Notes: generated from the letters alone by a model not told the origin. A stretch of 64,000 nucleotides of DNA from Myxococcales bacterium (GCA_047601445.1 JASGJH010000001.1:5824001-5888000), one strand, 5' to 3'. Shown: positions 49,045-59,764, numbered from the stretch's first letter. Numbers and translations are program-made.

Positions 49045-50268
49045 ATGCGGAGTGCAACTGGCGCGATTGTGGTGGCTTGTCTGGGCCTCATGGCCTGCGG
49101 AGGGGATCCGCCGGCCATCACGGGTGCCGCCTTTAAACCGAACACCCCGTGGGACCCCGACGGCGATGGCGTCTCCAACGGCACCTACCTCGATAACAAC
49201 GGCGACGGCGTGGCCGACGGTATCGATACCGATGACGATGGCAACATCGACCTGGACGTCTACGGCAAGCCCCTCAGCAAGGGCGACGGGGACGGCGATG
49301 GCGATGGGGACGGCGACAACACCACCGACCCCACCGGCGACGGCGACAACGACGGCAACTGCGCGGAGCAGATCGTCAAGAACGACCGCATCCCGCCCGA
49401 CATGCTGATCGTGCTCGATCGCTCAGGCAGCATGAAGATGAACAGCACCAACCGCTGGGATCCCTCGGTGGCGGCGCTCAAGCAGGTCACCTCGCAGCTG
49501 GCAGGCGGCATCAGCTTCGGTTTGATGAGTTTCCCTCCCTCGGGTGACGAGTGCGGCGCTGGCAAGTTGGACGTGCCGATTGCCGCCAACAACGCCATGG
49601 CCATCAACACGGCGCTCACGAACATGAGCCCCAAGGGCGGCACACCCACGTCCATCACGCTCAAGGAGGCGCACAAGCTCCTCGGCGGTGTGAGCCAGGA
49701 TCCGGACGCCATCGTGACCCCCAAGTACGTGCTCTTGGTCACCGACGGTGAGCCCAACTGCACGGCCAGCTGTCCCGACCCGCTCTCGGACTTTGCGGGC
49801 TGGTTCACCTGCATCACCAGCGGTGACCAGCAGGCCATCAAGGACAGCGTCGCCGAGATCAAGTCCATGACCGCCGACGGCATCAAGACCTTCGTGGTGG
49901 GCTACGACACCGGCAGCGACCCGGTGAAAACCACCATGGACATGATGGCCCAGGCCGGCGGCACCGGGGCCAAGAGTCACATCATCGTGAAGAGCGGCGA
50001 CGAGTTGCTCAAGGCCCTGGAGGACATCGCGGGCCAGGCGGCCACGTGCACCATCGTCCTCGAACAGTCGGTGAGCGACCCGAGTTACGTCCTCGTGACC
50101 ATCGATGACTCCCTCATGCTCGGCCTCAACCAGAAGGACGGCAATGGCTTCTCGGTGGGCGCCGACAATCGCACTGTGACCATTCTGGGCAAGTCGTGCG
50201 ACATGCTGCGTACCAAGGCCGATGCCAAGGTCCACGTGCAGGTACTTTGCGAGCCCGTGATTCTCTGA
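49045..50268 (+). CDS. VWA-domain lipoprotein (CglB-like) with Asp-Gly repeats
   Basis: Lipobox LMAC; MIDAS VLDRSGSM, GGTPT and VTDGEPNC; DGDG repeats. Confidence 0.82.
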   Translation: MRSATGAIVVACLGLMACGGDPPAITGAAFKPNTPWDPDGDGVSNGTYLDNNGDGVADGIDTDDDGNIDLDVYGKPLSKGDGDGDGDGDGDNTTDPTGDGDNDGNCAEQIVKNDRIPPDMLIVLDRSGSMKMNSTNRWDPSVAALKQVTSQLAGGISFGLMSFPPSGDECGAGKLDVPIAANNAMAINTALTNMSPKGGTPTSITLKEAHKLLGGVSQDPDAIVTPKYVLLVTDGEPNCTASCPDPLSDFAGWFTCITSGDQQAIKDSVAEIKSMTADGIKTFVVGYDTGSDPVKTTMDMMAQAGGTGAKSHIIVKSGDELLKALEDIAGQAATCTIVLEQSVSDPSYVLVTIDDSLMLGLNQKDGNGFSVGADNRTVTILGKSCDMLRTKADAKVHVQVLCEPVIL

Positions 50269-50291
50269 GCCGCACAGAGAGCGTCACATGA

Positions 50292-50327
50292 AAGGCCGCC
50301 GGGAGATTCCTGGCGGCCTTCGTGTTT
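50292..50327 (+). terminator. Intrinsic terminator-like hairpin between convergent genes
   Basis: AAGGCCGCCGGGA-GAT-TCCTGGCGGCCTT followed by CGTGTTT. Confidence 0.7.
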
Positions 50328-50406
50328 GTGGGGAGCGAGCAGCAGTCGACGCACACCCACTCGCTTCGTTGGGGTGAGCCTTCAGGCGCAGGCCTGGTGT
50401 CGTGGC

Positions 50407-53400
50407 TCAGCCGTCTTTGCGCGGCGGTCGGGTTACGGCCACGGTGGCCGCATCGCGCTCGGACTGCTCCATCTTGCTGCGCGGGCCCGAGCCGGTCTGC
50501 GAAGCTGCGGCGAGCGCGCCGGAGACCAGCTGGTCCTTGCCGCGTGAGCGGGGCATGCGGGTGCTGGTGCTGTCGCCGGCCATGCGAGACTCCCGGCCGC
50601 GCGGGCTGAGGGCGAGCTCACTCAAGCGCTCGCACTTGGCGATCAGCGCGGGCGTGTTGGTGGGCCGGTACCACTGCTCGCACTTGGCCAAGCTAAAGGC
50701 GTATTCCTCGGGGATACCAGCCGCCCAGGCGATCTCCGCGCGCACTTCCTGCAATCCACCCTGGACGAGCGGATGATTGCTGGTGCTGTAGCGCTTGATC
50801 AGGGCATCCACTTCGCCCATCGCCTGCTCGTGCTCACCGAGGCCGGAGAGCGCCAATGCGTGCTCCATCTCCACGTGCAGGAACATGGTCACATAGTCGC
50901 GGTCGCGCTCGGTCATGCGCGCCATCACGGTCACGCAGTGCTCCAGAGCCTCCGAATGCTTGCCGCGCTCGTTGTAGGCCTGCGCCAGGAAGCCGTGCAG
51001 GGCAGCCCAGCCGATGTAGCTGCGTGGCGCCCTCACGCGCAGCGCGTCGTCGAGCGTATCCAGCGTGGTCTCGAGGTCTCCCTTGCGCACTAGCACGAGC
51101 GACGCGAATGCGAGCCGCTGATAGAACTCCAGGGAGTCCGCCTGCTTCTGCGAGACCTCCAGGCGGTCGCGTACGCGCGCCATGGACACGACGTCGCCGA
51201 GCAGCGAGTACACCGGAATCAAGGCCGGCGCCTCCCACAGCTCGACCTGCCAGGCCGAACCGACTTCGGCCGCGTGGATCTCCACCTGCTCGCGGTGGAC
51301 CAGGGCCTTCTCGGTCTCACCACGGTTGGTGTAGTAGAGGAAGCGCAGCGCACTGGCGATCATGGAGTAGAGCTTGAGGCCCGTGGCGTCCATGATGTCC
51401 GCGCTCTCGAGGGCGGCCTGGCCGTCCTCGCGGAACACCGCGAAGGCACCGCGCGCGAAGTGGCAACCTGCCACGTACAGGAGCCGCGCATTCTCCGGCA
51501 AGCCCCAGGCGAAGCGCGGATTGAGCTGAAAGTTCTTGGCCAGTCGATCGAAGGCCTCGTAGGCCTCGGCCTGGTTCTCGCGTCCGATTTCCTGCAGGCC
51601 CTTGGTGAAGTGGTAGATCGCCACCGGCGTGGTGAACGAGGGCAGCACGTCGAAGGGCTTGAGCGTATGGGCCACGCGGGCCGCGCGGTCGGCGTCGAGG
51701 GCCAGCGTGGCCGAAGCCGTCAGCGTGGTGACGGTGCCGAACAGCTGGACCAACATCGAATAGAACGAATAGGGGCGCTCGCGCTTGGGCACGCAATAGA
51801 AGCGCACGCAGGCCACGCTCAACGCGAAGAGCAACGCCAGATGGCGCCCGATGAAGCGCGACCACAGGCGGGCCAGGCGCAGACCACAGGTGTGCTCCAG
51901 CGTGTCGAGCGCCTCGTCGCCGTAGAGGTCACCGTAGCGACGCTCCTCGTAGTAGCTGGCCTGCGCCATGGTCGCGAGGAGGCACGCGCGCTGATAGATG
52001 GAGCAGCGGTGCTTCTTGTAGACCTTGAGCGCGGCCTCCACGGGCTTGCCCATGTGGTGAAGGTTCGCGATCAGCGTGCTGATGCGGAAGCTGTCGGACG
52101 CCACCAGCGCAATCATGTCGGCGCCGCGCATCTCGTCGCCGCCCCGGATCAAGTGCCAACCCGCCTCGATCTGCAGGATCGGGTCGTCGGATGCCATGGT
52201 CGAGAAGGCCGCACCGAGCCGCAAGTGGCAGCGCTTGCGACCTTGATCGCTGATGGCTGCGAGCACGGCTTCGCGCAGCGCCGCGCTGCTGAAGTGATAG
52301 CCATCCTCACCGCCGTGCAGCACGTCGTTGCGCGCAAGCTCGTCGAGCAGGACGTGAACGCTGCGCTCCTCCGGCTGGCTCACGCCGCTGTAGGCGTCGA
52401 ACACCAGCAGGCGGCACAGCTCGAGGGTGGGCCGCTCGCGTTGCACGCTGAGGCACTCGGCCAGCGAGCGTGCGGAGCTGCTCAGGCCTTCCAGGCGCGT
52501 CAGCAGCGCGTCCTCGAGCGCCGCCGGCAGCTCGGCGTCGGGGCGCTCGACCGGCAGTAGCCAGAGGCCGCCCGAGTAGCGGATCACCTTGCGCTGCGCG
52601 AGCTGGCGCGTGATCTCCATGCAGTGCAGCGGGCTGCCCAGCGTGCGCCCGTGCAGCCACTCTCCGAAGCGCTCCACGTTCGGCACATCGCCGAACAGCG
52701 AACGCACGAGCTCCAGGGTTTCCCTGCTCTCGAGGCCCGCGAGGGTCACGCGCGCGCACTGGTTGCGCAGTGCCTGGAGACCCACGCGGTTTTGGCGATC
52801 GCTGCCCGAGGTCTCTGTGAACACCAGGAAGATGGCGTTGTCCGCCGACTGCTTCGCCAGGCTCGCCAGCACACCGAGGCTCGCGTCGTCCGCGTGCTCG
52901 ACGTTGTCGACCTGCAGCACGAGCGGCTTTTCCTTGGCGATGCTGGCGAACCAGCCATCGAGGGCGAGGTGGAATTCTCCGCTGTCGCGCGCGCCCGGCG
53001 GCCAAGAGCCATTGGGCGGCGGCGGCCAAGAACCGCCCATCGAAGGCGGCGGCCACGAGCGACCGGTGGGCTGCATGGGCGGCACGGAGATGGCGGCCGA
53101 TCCCGGAGGAATCGAGGCGCTGGGGCCCAGGCGCGCCTCCACCTCGCGGCCCAGCGCGAGGAGTCCGGTGCGATAGGCGCGGGCCTCGTCGCGTGCCAGG
53201 TTGGGGAAAGCGTCGAGCAGGCGGATCGCCATGGCGCGCACGGTGCCTCGCGCGTGCCGGGTCGTGCTGGCGTCGACCCGGACCACGTGTGCCCCGGCGA
53301 TCTGTGCTCGCACCGCGACCTCTTCGAGGAAGCGCGTGCGCCCCATGCCCGCGGCACCTTCGATCAACACCGCGCTGCCCGTGCCGCGCCGCGCCGAGGT

Positions 53401-54348
53401 CGCGTGCTCGCTCAGGTCCTTGAGCAGCTCCGCGCGGCCCGTGAAGCGTGGGTTGAGCAGGAAGCTCTGCGCGAGCAGCTCGGCGTCGTCCTCCTTCTCT
53501 GGTGCCAGACCGCCGATGACCTCGAGGCGAGAGATCACCTCGGCGGCGCTCGCGGGGCGCGCCATCGGGTCCTCGCTCAAGAGCGACAGCACGAGCAAGT
53601 CGAGCTCGACCGGGATGCCCGGCACGAAGTCCGAGGGCGCCGGCGGCGCGTTCTGCCAAACCTGCGGTAGATCGTCGATGCAGTTGGCCGGATAGGCGTG
53701 CTGGTTGGTCAACATCCAGTACGCGAGTGCGCCGAGCTGATAGAGATCTGAGCGGTGATCCTGGGGCGCGTTGGCGACTGCCTCGGGCGGGATCGCCGGC
53801 GGCGTGCCCACGATCTCGCGCGTGTAGCCGAAGCCCGTGAGCGCACCGAAGTCGAATAACTTGCAGTGACCGTCCGGCGTGCGGCGCACGTTGCCGGGGC
53901 TGAGGTCGCGGTGGATCAAGCGCCGGGCGTGCAGCAAGGCCAGCGAGGTCGCGACGTCTCGAAGATAGGAGCAAGCTTCGCGATAGGGCACGGGAGCGGA
54001 CTTGCGCATGTCCTCCCCCTGCAAGAGCTCCATCGTGTAGTAAGGGCCCTGCTCGTCGACTCCATAGTCGAAGACGCGGATGATGCGCGGATGATCCAGG
54101 CCGGCCAGGACCTGGTACTCGCGCTCGAATGCCTCGACGAAAAACGGACGGTCCAGAACTTGAGGCTTGATGCGCTTGAGCGCGCGCTCCTCACCGGCCT
54201 GACGGTCGAACACGCGCAGCACCGCGCCCATGCCACCCGACGCGATCTCCGCGTTGATGACATAGCGATCGGCGACGCGTCCTTTGCGAGCGGGTGGAAG
54301 GCTGCGAGGAGGCAGACTTACGCCGCGATTCCCAGGGACCGTTCCCAT
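50407..54348 (-). CDS. Ser/Thr kinase fused to AAA/STAND ATPase and helical repeats
   Basis: ASGGMG, HRDLSPGN, DFG; FTGR, GAAGMGRT, VDNVEHAD and GSPL. Confidence 0.88.
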   Translation of the reverse strand: MGTVPGNRGVSLPPRSLPPARKGRVADRYVINAEIASGGMGAVLRVFDRQAGEERALKRIKPQVLDRPFFVEAFEREYQVLAGLDHPRIIRVFDYGVDEQGPYYTMELLQGEDMRKSAPVPYREACSYLRDVATSLALLHARRLIHRDLSPGNVRRTPDGHCKLFDFGALTGFGYTREIVGTPPAIPPEAVANAPQDHRSDLYQLGALAYWMLTNQHAYPANCIDDLPQVWQNAPPAPSDFVPGIPVELDLLVLSLLSEDPMARPASAAEVISRLEVIGGLAPEKEDDAELLAQSFLLNPRFTGRAELLKDLSEHATSARRGTGSAVLIEGAAGMGRTRFLEEVAVRAQIAGAHVVRVDASTTRHARGTVRAMAIRLLDAFPNLARDEARAYRTGLLALGREVEARLGPSASIPPGSAAISVPPMQPTGRSWPPPSMGGSWPPPPNGSWPPGARDSGEFHLALDGWFASIAKEKPLVLQVDNVEHADDASLGVLASLAKQSADNAIFLVFTETSGSDRQNRVGLQALRNQCARVTLAGLESRETLELVRSLFGDVPNVERFGEWLHGRTLGSPLHCMEITRQLAQRKVIRYSGGLWLLPVERPDAELPAALEDALLTRLEGLSSSARSLAECLSVQRERPTLELCRLLVFDAYSGVSQPEERSVHVLLDELARNDVLHGGEDGYHFSSAALREAVLAAISDQGRKRCHLRLGAAFSTMASDDPILQIEAGWHLIRGGDEMRGADMIALVASDSFRISTLIANLHHMGKPVEAALKVYKKHRCSIYQRACLLATMAQASYYEERRYGDLYGDEALDTLEHTCGLRLARLWSRFIGRHLALLFALSVACVRFYCVPKRERPYSFYSMLVQLFGTVTTLTASATLALDADRAARVAHTLKPFDVLPSFTTPVAIYHFTKGLQEIGRENQAEAYEAFDRLAKNFQLNPRFAWGLPENARLLYVAGCHFARGAFAVFREDGQAALESADIMDATGLKLYSMIASALRFLYYTNRGETEKALVHREQVEIHAAEVGSAWQVELWEAPALIPVYSLLGDVVSMARVRDRLEVSQKQADSLEFYQRLAFASLVLVRKGDLETTLDTLDDALRVRAPRSYIGWAALHGFLAQAYNERGKHSEALEHCVTVMARMTERDRDYVTMFLHVEMEHALALSGLGEHEQAMGEVDALIKRYSTSNHPLVQGGLQEVRAEIAWAAGIPEEYAFSLAKCEQWYRPTNTPALIAKCERLSELALSPRGRESRMAGDSTSTRMPRSRGKDQLVSGALAAASQTGSGPRSKMEQSERDAATVAVTRPPRKDG

Positions 54349-54655
54349 TGACTCCTAAAGCAGAAGCATACCAAAGGCTCAGGGTGATGACTCAACAGAG
54401 CTCCGTGGTCTACTGCGGATCGCGGATACAAAGGCCCACGTCGGCGTACGTGACGTGCCGACGGGCCGACCAAATCCATCGCGTATCGATGCGTTCGAAC
54501 TGGCTCGTCGGCATCGCTCACGAGCGTGAGAGCTATCACGTGTCCAGCACATTTGAGTAGTAAGAGACCAGACTCCGCTTGAAAGCCGTTCACCGCACTG
54601 CGTCAAAACAGTGAGACGAGATCTTCCCAGTCTGGCAGTCAGCATTTCACGCCGT

Positions 54656-55282
54656 TCAGGGCTTCACGGTCGCTTCGACCATGGCCCCGAAGGCTTCGGT
54701 GACCTCGCTCAGCTGCTGGTGACGCTCCGCCTCGGGCGTCTTGTGCGTGAGCGGGCCGTCGAGGGCCAGGCAGGCGAAGCCGTGGGCAACCGACCAAAAC
54801 AGCAGGAGCAGCGCGTCCCTCGAGGGATGGGCTGGAACCCCGCGCGCCACCGTCTCGTCGATCAGCCGCTGCAGGATGGAGAAGGCGCGATCGCCCTCGG
54901 CCTGGGCGCCAGGGCAGTTCTGCAGGTTCACGAGTTCCGGCCGGAACATCACGCGAAAATGGGCCGGATTCTGTAGCGCGAACTCGACGTAGGTCTTGAG
55001 CGCGGTGGTTACGCGCGCACGCAGGGAGGGGGCTTGCTCGGCCATGGCGCGCTCGATGGCGTCGGAGATCATCCGAAAGCCCTCCTGCGCGATGGCGCCG
55101 AGAATGGCCTCGCGATCGTCGAAGTGATGATAGGGAGCCTGGTGGCTGACCCCGGCACGCCTGGCCACCTCGCGCATGCTGAGGGCGCCGACCCCGGCTT
55201 CCTCGATCAACTGGATGCTGGCCTGGACGATGCGCTGCTGCTGGTCACTGAGCGGCGCTCCCGCCGGATCGAACTTCGACAT
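54656..55282 (-). CDS. TetR family regulator (WHG-type C-terminus)
   Basis: LSMREVARRAGVSHQAPYHHF and WSVAHG. Confidence 0.92.
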   Translation of the reverse strand: MSKFDPAGAPLSDQQQRIVQASIQLIEEAGVGALSMREVARRAGVSHQAPYHHFDDREAILGAIAQEGFRMISDAIERAMAEQAPSLRARVTTALKTYVEFALQNPAHFRVMFRPELVNLQNCPGAQAEGDRAFSILQRLIDETVARGVPAHPSRDALLLLFWSVAHGFACLALDGPLTHKTPEAERHQQLSEVTEAFGAMVEATVKP

Positions 55283-55307
55283 CAATCACCCATCCTGGGG
55301 CGCACCC

Positions 55308-55421
55308 TAGACAGTGTCAAATGGGGTCGCCAAGTGTCCCTGGAGACCAAGTTCATCACACTTCGCACAATAAGACTGGTCGACCGGTCAATGCTGTGAC
55401 ACTGTCATGTGACGCTGTCTA
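55308..55421. promoter_or_regulatory. Three TetR operator-like boxes
   Basis: TAGACAGTGTCAA (55308-55320), GTGACACTGTCAT (55396-55408) and GTGACGCTGTCTA (55409-55421) between the divergent tetR and RND genes. Confidence 0.65.
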
Positions 55422-55443
55422 GTAGACGCTTCCCGGAGGACCT

Positions 55444-56505
55444 ATGGGTGGCCGCGAACATCGTTTGAAGTTTCAACGAATTCTTGCGCTTACGAGCCTC
55501 GTTCCGCTCTTTTCCAGCGGCTGCGGTGGCTCGGCGGTTCACGCGGAGTCCAAGCCCGACCAGGAGCTGGTGGCCGTGACGGCTCAGGCTATCGGGCATG
55601 ATCCCGTGACGCGTATCATTCGAGCTTCGGGAACCCTCGAGCCCAAGCGTGAGCACACGCTCTCCTTCAAGGTCGGCGGAGTCGTGGCGCAGGTCCTGGT
55701 CGAAGAGGGCAAGCGCGTACGCCAGGGCCAGGTGCTGGCACGGCTGGACGCCACCGAGGTCCTGGCCGGCGAGAGCCAGGCCCAGCAGGGACTACAGAAG
55801 GCGGAGCGCGACGCAGCCCGCGCCCGCACCCTGCGCGATCAAAATGGCATCGCGCGCAGCATGGTCGACGACGCCGAGACCGCGCTCGAGGTGGCCCGGG
55901 CCAGCGCGGCGAGCGCCGCTTTCAACCTCAAGCACACGGAGCTGGTCGCTCCGAGCGACGGAGTCGTCGACCGGCGCATGGTGGAGAAGGGGCAGATCGT
56001 GGGCCCGGGCACGCCGCTCTTCGCGCTGAGTACGGCGGACACCAAGGTGGTTCGCGTGCAACTCACCGACCGCGACGTCCTCGATCTCAAGCTCGACGAC
56101 GAGGCCAAGGTGGTGCTCGACGCCCGCCCCGAGCTGCCGCTCTCCGCGCGGGTCACGCGCATCGCGACGCTGGCTTCCCCGGGGGCCGGCACCTACGAAG
56201 TGGAGCTCGCGGTGCAGGACGAGTCGGCGCGCAGCCTGCCTGGTGGGCTCACGGCCAAGGTGCTGTTCGAGCGCATCGAGCACCCGCGGGCTTCGGTTCC
56301 GCTCACGGCGCTGGTGGGCGGTCAGGGCGACGGCTCGGCTGTCTACGTGCTCGAGGGAGACAAAGTGCACCTCGCTCCCGTGCGCATCGCCTTCATCAGC
56401 GGTGAGCAGGTGGCTCTGGTAGAGGGCCTCGAGGGCGCCGAACGCGTGGTCAGCGCGGGGGCGGAAGAGCTGAGTGACGGCGCACGCGTGCGCCTCTCGC
56501 GCTGA
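55444..56505 (+). CDS. RND efflux periplasmic adaptor (MFP)
   Basis: LSFKVGGVV..V.VEEG..V..GQVLARLD and LVAPSDGVV. Confidence 0.92.
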   Translation: MGGREHRLKFQRILALTSLVPLFSSGCGGSAVHAESKPDQELVAVTAQAIGHDPVTRIIRASGTLEPKREHTLSFKVGGVVAQVLVEEGKRVRQGQVLARLDATEVLAGESQAQQGLQKAERDAARARTLRDQNGIARSMVDDAETALEVARASAASAAFNLKHTELVAPSDGVVDRRMVEKGQIVGPGTPLFALSTADTKVVRVQLTDRDVLDLKLDDEAKVVLDARPELPLSARVTRIATLASPGAGTYEVELAVQDESARSLPGGLTAKVLFERIEHPRASVPLTALVGGQGDGSAVYVLEGDKVHLAPVRIAFISGEQVALVEGLEGAERVVSAGAEELSDGARVRLSR

Positions 56506-56515
56506 GGAGGTCGGT

Positions 56516-59500
56516 ATGCTCGCCGAATTTTCGGTCAAACGCTGGCAGTTGACGCTAGTGGTGGTGATCGCGTTGATGGCGCTCGGGGTCAACTCGCTGC
56601 TGGGCATCCCCAAGGCCGAGGACCCCACGTTCCCCACGCCCGCCTTCTTGGTGGTCTCCGTGCTGCCCGGGGCGTCCCCCACCGACCTGGAGCGCCTGGT
56701 GGTGGACCCCTTCGAGGGCCGCATGAAAGCCCTCGAAAACCTCAAGAAGCTGCAGAGCACCATCGAAGAGAGCGTGGCCACCACGTTCGTGGAGTTCGAA
56801 GCTGACTCCGACCCAGACAGCAAGCACGACGAGATGCTGCGTGAGATGAACGCGCTGCGCCCGGAGCTACCCGCTGAATTGGTGCGCTTCGACCTGACCC
56901 AGTTCAATCCCTCCAACGTCAACATCGTGCAGGTGGCGCTGGTCTCGGACCACGCGCCCTACCGCGAGATCGACAAGGTGGCGCGCGCGCTCAAGCGACG
57001 CGTGGAAGTGGTGCGCGGTGTGGACCAGGTCATGCTGCGCGGGCTGCCCAAGCAGGAAGTGCGCGTGGTGCTCGATCTGCCGCGCATGGTGGCTCTCGGT
57101 ATCTCGCCGCTCGAGGTGATCAACGCCATCGGCGCGGAGAGCACCAACATTCCGGCCGGCGCCGTGGAGCAGGGGGCGCGTCGCTTCAACGTCAAGACCA
57201 GCGGCGACTACCAGTCGGTGGACGAGGTGGCCTCCACCGTGGTGCGCTCCGTCCGGGGTAGTGCGGTGCGCGTGCACGACGTGGCGCAGGTGTCGCTGAC
57301 GGACTCCGAAGCCGTGGACATCGCCCGTTTCGACGGCAAGCGCGCGGTGCTCCTCTCCACGAACATGCGGGAGAACGAGAACATCTTCGCGGTGACGGAG
57401 GGCATCGAGCGGGAGCTCGCCGCCTTCGCGCCCCAGGTCCCCCGCAGCATGAAGCTCGTGCACGGCTTCAAGCAGGCCCACAACGTCGAGCACCGCATGT
57501 CGGGGTTCGCGCGCGACTTCGCGCTGGCCATCGTGCTCGTGCTGGCGACCCTGCTGCCGCTCGGGCTCCGCGCGGCGGTGGTGGTCATGGTGTCTATTCC
57601 GCTCAGCCTGGCCCTGGGCCTCGTGATGCTCGAGGTGTCGGGCACCACCATCAATCAACTCAGCATCGTGGGCTTCGTGATCGCGCTCGGGTTGTTGGTC
57701 GATGACTCGGTGGTGGTAGTGGAGAACATCACGCGCCACCTGCGCGAGGGACTCGCGCCGCGTAAGGCCGCGATCGCGGCCACCAAGCAGATCACCGCGA
57801 GTGTGCTCGGTTGCACGGCGACCCTGATGTTCGCCTTCATGCCGCTCCTGGTGCTGCCCGGCGCGGCCGGACAGTTCATCCGCTCCCTGCCGCTGGCGGT
57901 GTTGTTCACCATCGGCGCCTCGCTCCTGATCTCGCTCACCGTGGTGCCCTTCCTCTCCAGCGTGGTGCTCAAGGAGGAGCCCGAGCACGGCAACGTGTTC
58001 TTCCGCGTGATGACCTCCACCATCGAGCGCACCTATCGCCCCATCCTGGCCCGTGCGCTCGCACATCCCTTCCTCACCCTGCTCGCTGCCAGCGCCCTGT
58101 TCGCGGGCAGCCTGGCGCTGGTGCCCAGCATCGGCTTCAGCCTGTTCCCCAAGGCGGGCACCCCCGAGTTCATGGTGAAGGTGGACGCAGCCGAAGGCGC
58201 GAGTCTCGCCGCCACCGATCGCGCCGCGCGCTTCGTGGAGGACATCGTGCGGGCCCAGCCTGAGGTGAGTTGGGTGTCGACCACCGTGGGCAAGGGTCAA
58301 CCGACGGTCTACTACAACATGCCCGTGGGCGGTGAGAAGGTGAGCATGGCCGAGGTCTACGTGCAGGCCCACCTCACGCCGGACACCGCGCCCGCCTTCT
58401 ACGAGGCGCTGCGCGCGCGCTTCGCGAACTACCCTGGTGCGCGCATCACACTCAAGGAGTTCGAGAACGGGCCCGCGCTCGATGCGCCCATCGCCATGCG
58501 CCTGATGGGCGACGACCAGGAAGCGCTCTCACGCGCCGCCGAGAGCATGGAGAAGCTGTTCCGCGAGACCCCGGGCACGCGCGACGTCAAGAACCCGGCC
58601 CGCGAGATCCGCACCGACTTACGGCTGAACGTGGATCGCGACAAGGCCGCACAGCTGGGCGTCTCGGTGGCCGATGTCGATCGCGCCACGCGTCTGGCCC
58701 TGGGCGGCGTGGTGGCCGGCAATTACCGCGAGAGCAACGCGGACGACCCCTACGACATTCGGCTCACCTTGCCGCGCGCGACCACGCCCATCGCTGGCGG
58801 CGCACGTCCCTCGCTCGAGGCGCTCGACTTGCTCTACGTGGGCACCACCCAGGGCGGCGCGCTGCCCCTGCGCGGTGTGGCCAAGCTGGACCTCGAGACC
58901 TCACCGACCACGTTGCGGCACTACAACCGCGAGCGCAGCGTGACCGTCACCGCTTACCCGCGCGAGGGCTTCAACACCGATCGCGTGACCCAAGACATTC
59001 TGGGGCGCATCGCCAAGCTCAAGCTGCCTGACGGCGTGCGCGTGGTTCCGGCCGGCGAGATCGAGAGCCGTCAGGAGAGCTTCGGCGGGCTCGGCACTGC
59101 CGTGCTGATCGCCATCTTCGGAGTGCTCGCCATCCTGGTACTCGAATTCCGGACCTTCAAGAGCACCTTGATCGTGGCCTCGGTGATCCCGCTCGGTGTG
59201 GTGGGAGGCTTGGCGGCGCTCTATCTCAGCGGCTACACGCTCTCGTTCACGGCCAACATCGGGTTCGTGGCGTTGATGGGCATCGAGGTAAAAAACTCGA
59301 TTCTGCTGGTGGATTTCACCAATCAGTTGCGCCGCGAGGGGATGGGGGTCGACGAGGCCATCCAGAAAGCGGGTGAGGCGCGCTTCGTGCCCATCTTGCT
59401 CACGTCGCTCACGGCCATCGGCGGACTCATCCCGTTGGTGCTCGAGCGCTCGGCGCTCTACTCGCCGCTCGCTCTGGTGATCCTCGGAGGTCTGGTGAGC

Positions 59501-59635
59501 TCCACGCTGCTCACCCGCGTGGTCACGCCCGTGCTCTACAAGCTGCTCGCACCCGATGTCGGACGAGTTGCAGAGGCTCAGGTGTCCACCCCGTCGGTGT
59601 CGGAGACAGTACTCGGAGGGGTGCCCGCGGAGTAA
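56516..59635 (+). CDS. RND efflux permease (AcrB/AcrD/AcrF family)
   Basis: GLLVDDSVVVVENI, GIEVKNSILLVDF and RFVPILLT; GAGGAGG RBS. Confidence 0.94.
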   Translation: MLAEFSVKRWQLTLVVVIALMALGVNSLLGIPKAEDPTFPTPAFLVVSVLPGASPTDLERLVVDPFEGRMKALENLKKLQSTIEESVATTFVEFEADSDPDSKHDEMLREMNALRPELPAELVRFDLTQFNPSNVNIVQVALVSDHAPYREIDKVARALKRRVEVVRGVDQVMLRGLPKQEVRVVLDLPRMVALGISPLEVINAIGAESTNIPAGAVEQGARRFNVKTSGDYQSVDEVASTVVRSVRGSAVRVHDVAQVSLTDSEAVDIARFDGKRAVLLSTNMRENENIFAVTEGIERELAAFAPQVPRSMKLVHGFKQAHNVEHRMSGFARDFALAIVLVLATLLPLGLRAAVVVMVSIPLSLALGLVMLEVSGTTINQLSIVGFVIALGLLVDDSVVVVENITRHLREGLAPRKAAIAATKQITASVLGCTATLMFAFMPLLVLPGAAGQFIRSLPLAVLFTIGASLLISLTVVPFLSSVVLKEEPEHGNVFFRVMTSTIERTYRPILARALAHPFLTLLAASALFAGSLALVPSIGFSLFPKAGTPEFMVKVDAAEGASLAATDRAARFVEDIVRAQPEVSWVSTTVGKGQPTVYYNMPVGGEKVSMAEVYVQAHLTPDTAPAFYEALRARFANYPGARITLKEFENGPALDAPIAMRLMGDDQEALSRAAESMEKLFRETPGTRDVKNPAREIRTDLRLNVDRDKAAQLGVSVADVDRATRLALGGVVAGNYRESNADDPYDIRLTLPRATTPIAGGARPSLEALDLLYVGTTQGGALPLRGVAKLDLETSPTTLRHYNRERSVTVTAYPREGFNTDRVTQDILGRIAKLKLPDGVRVVPAGEIESRQESFGGLGTAVLIAIFGVLAILVLEFRTFKSTLIVASVIPLGVVGGLAALYLSGYTLSFTANIGFVALMGIEVKNSILLVDFTNQLRREGMGVDEAIQKAGEARFVPILLTSLTAIGGLIPLVLERSALYSPLALVILGGLVSSTLLTRVVTPVLYKLLAPDVGRVAEAQVSTPSVSETVLGGVPAE

Positions 59636-59764
59636 ATCCGGGCGAAGCGAGAGGCAGACGCAAATGTCGGGCAAACAGATCATGCGCACCTTCGCCTGGC
59701 CCAGCGACGGCATCGCCAAGAAACGGCTCGAAGCTCCCAGCAACTTCTGAGGCGAGCTCGGGCC

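Noticed and set aside
49280..49360. GGCGAC tandem repeats as an array
   Set aside because: Coding Gly-Asp repeats with no spacers; not CRISPR.
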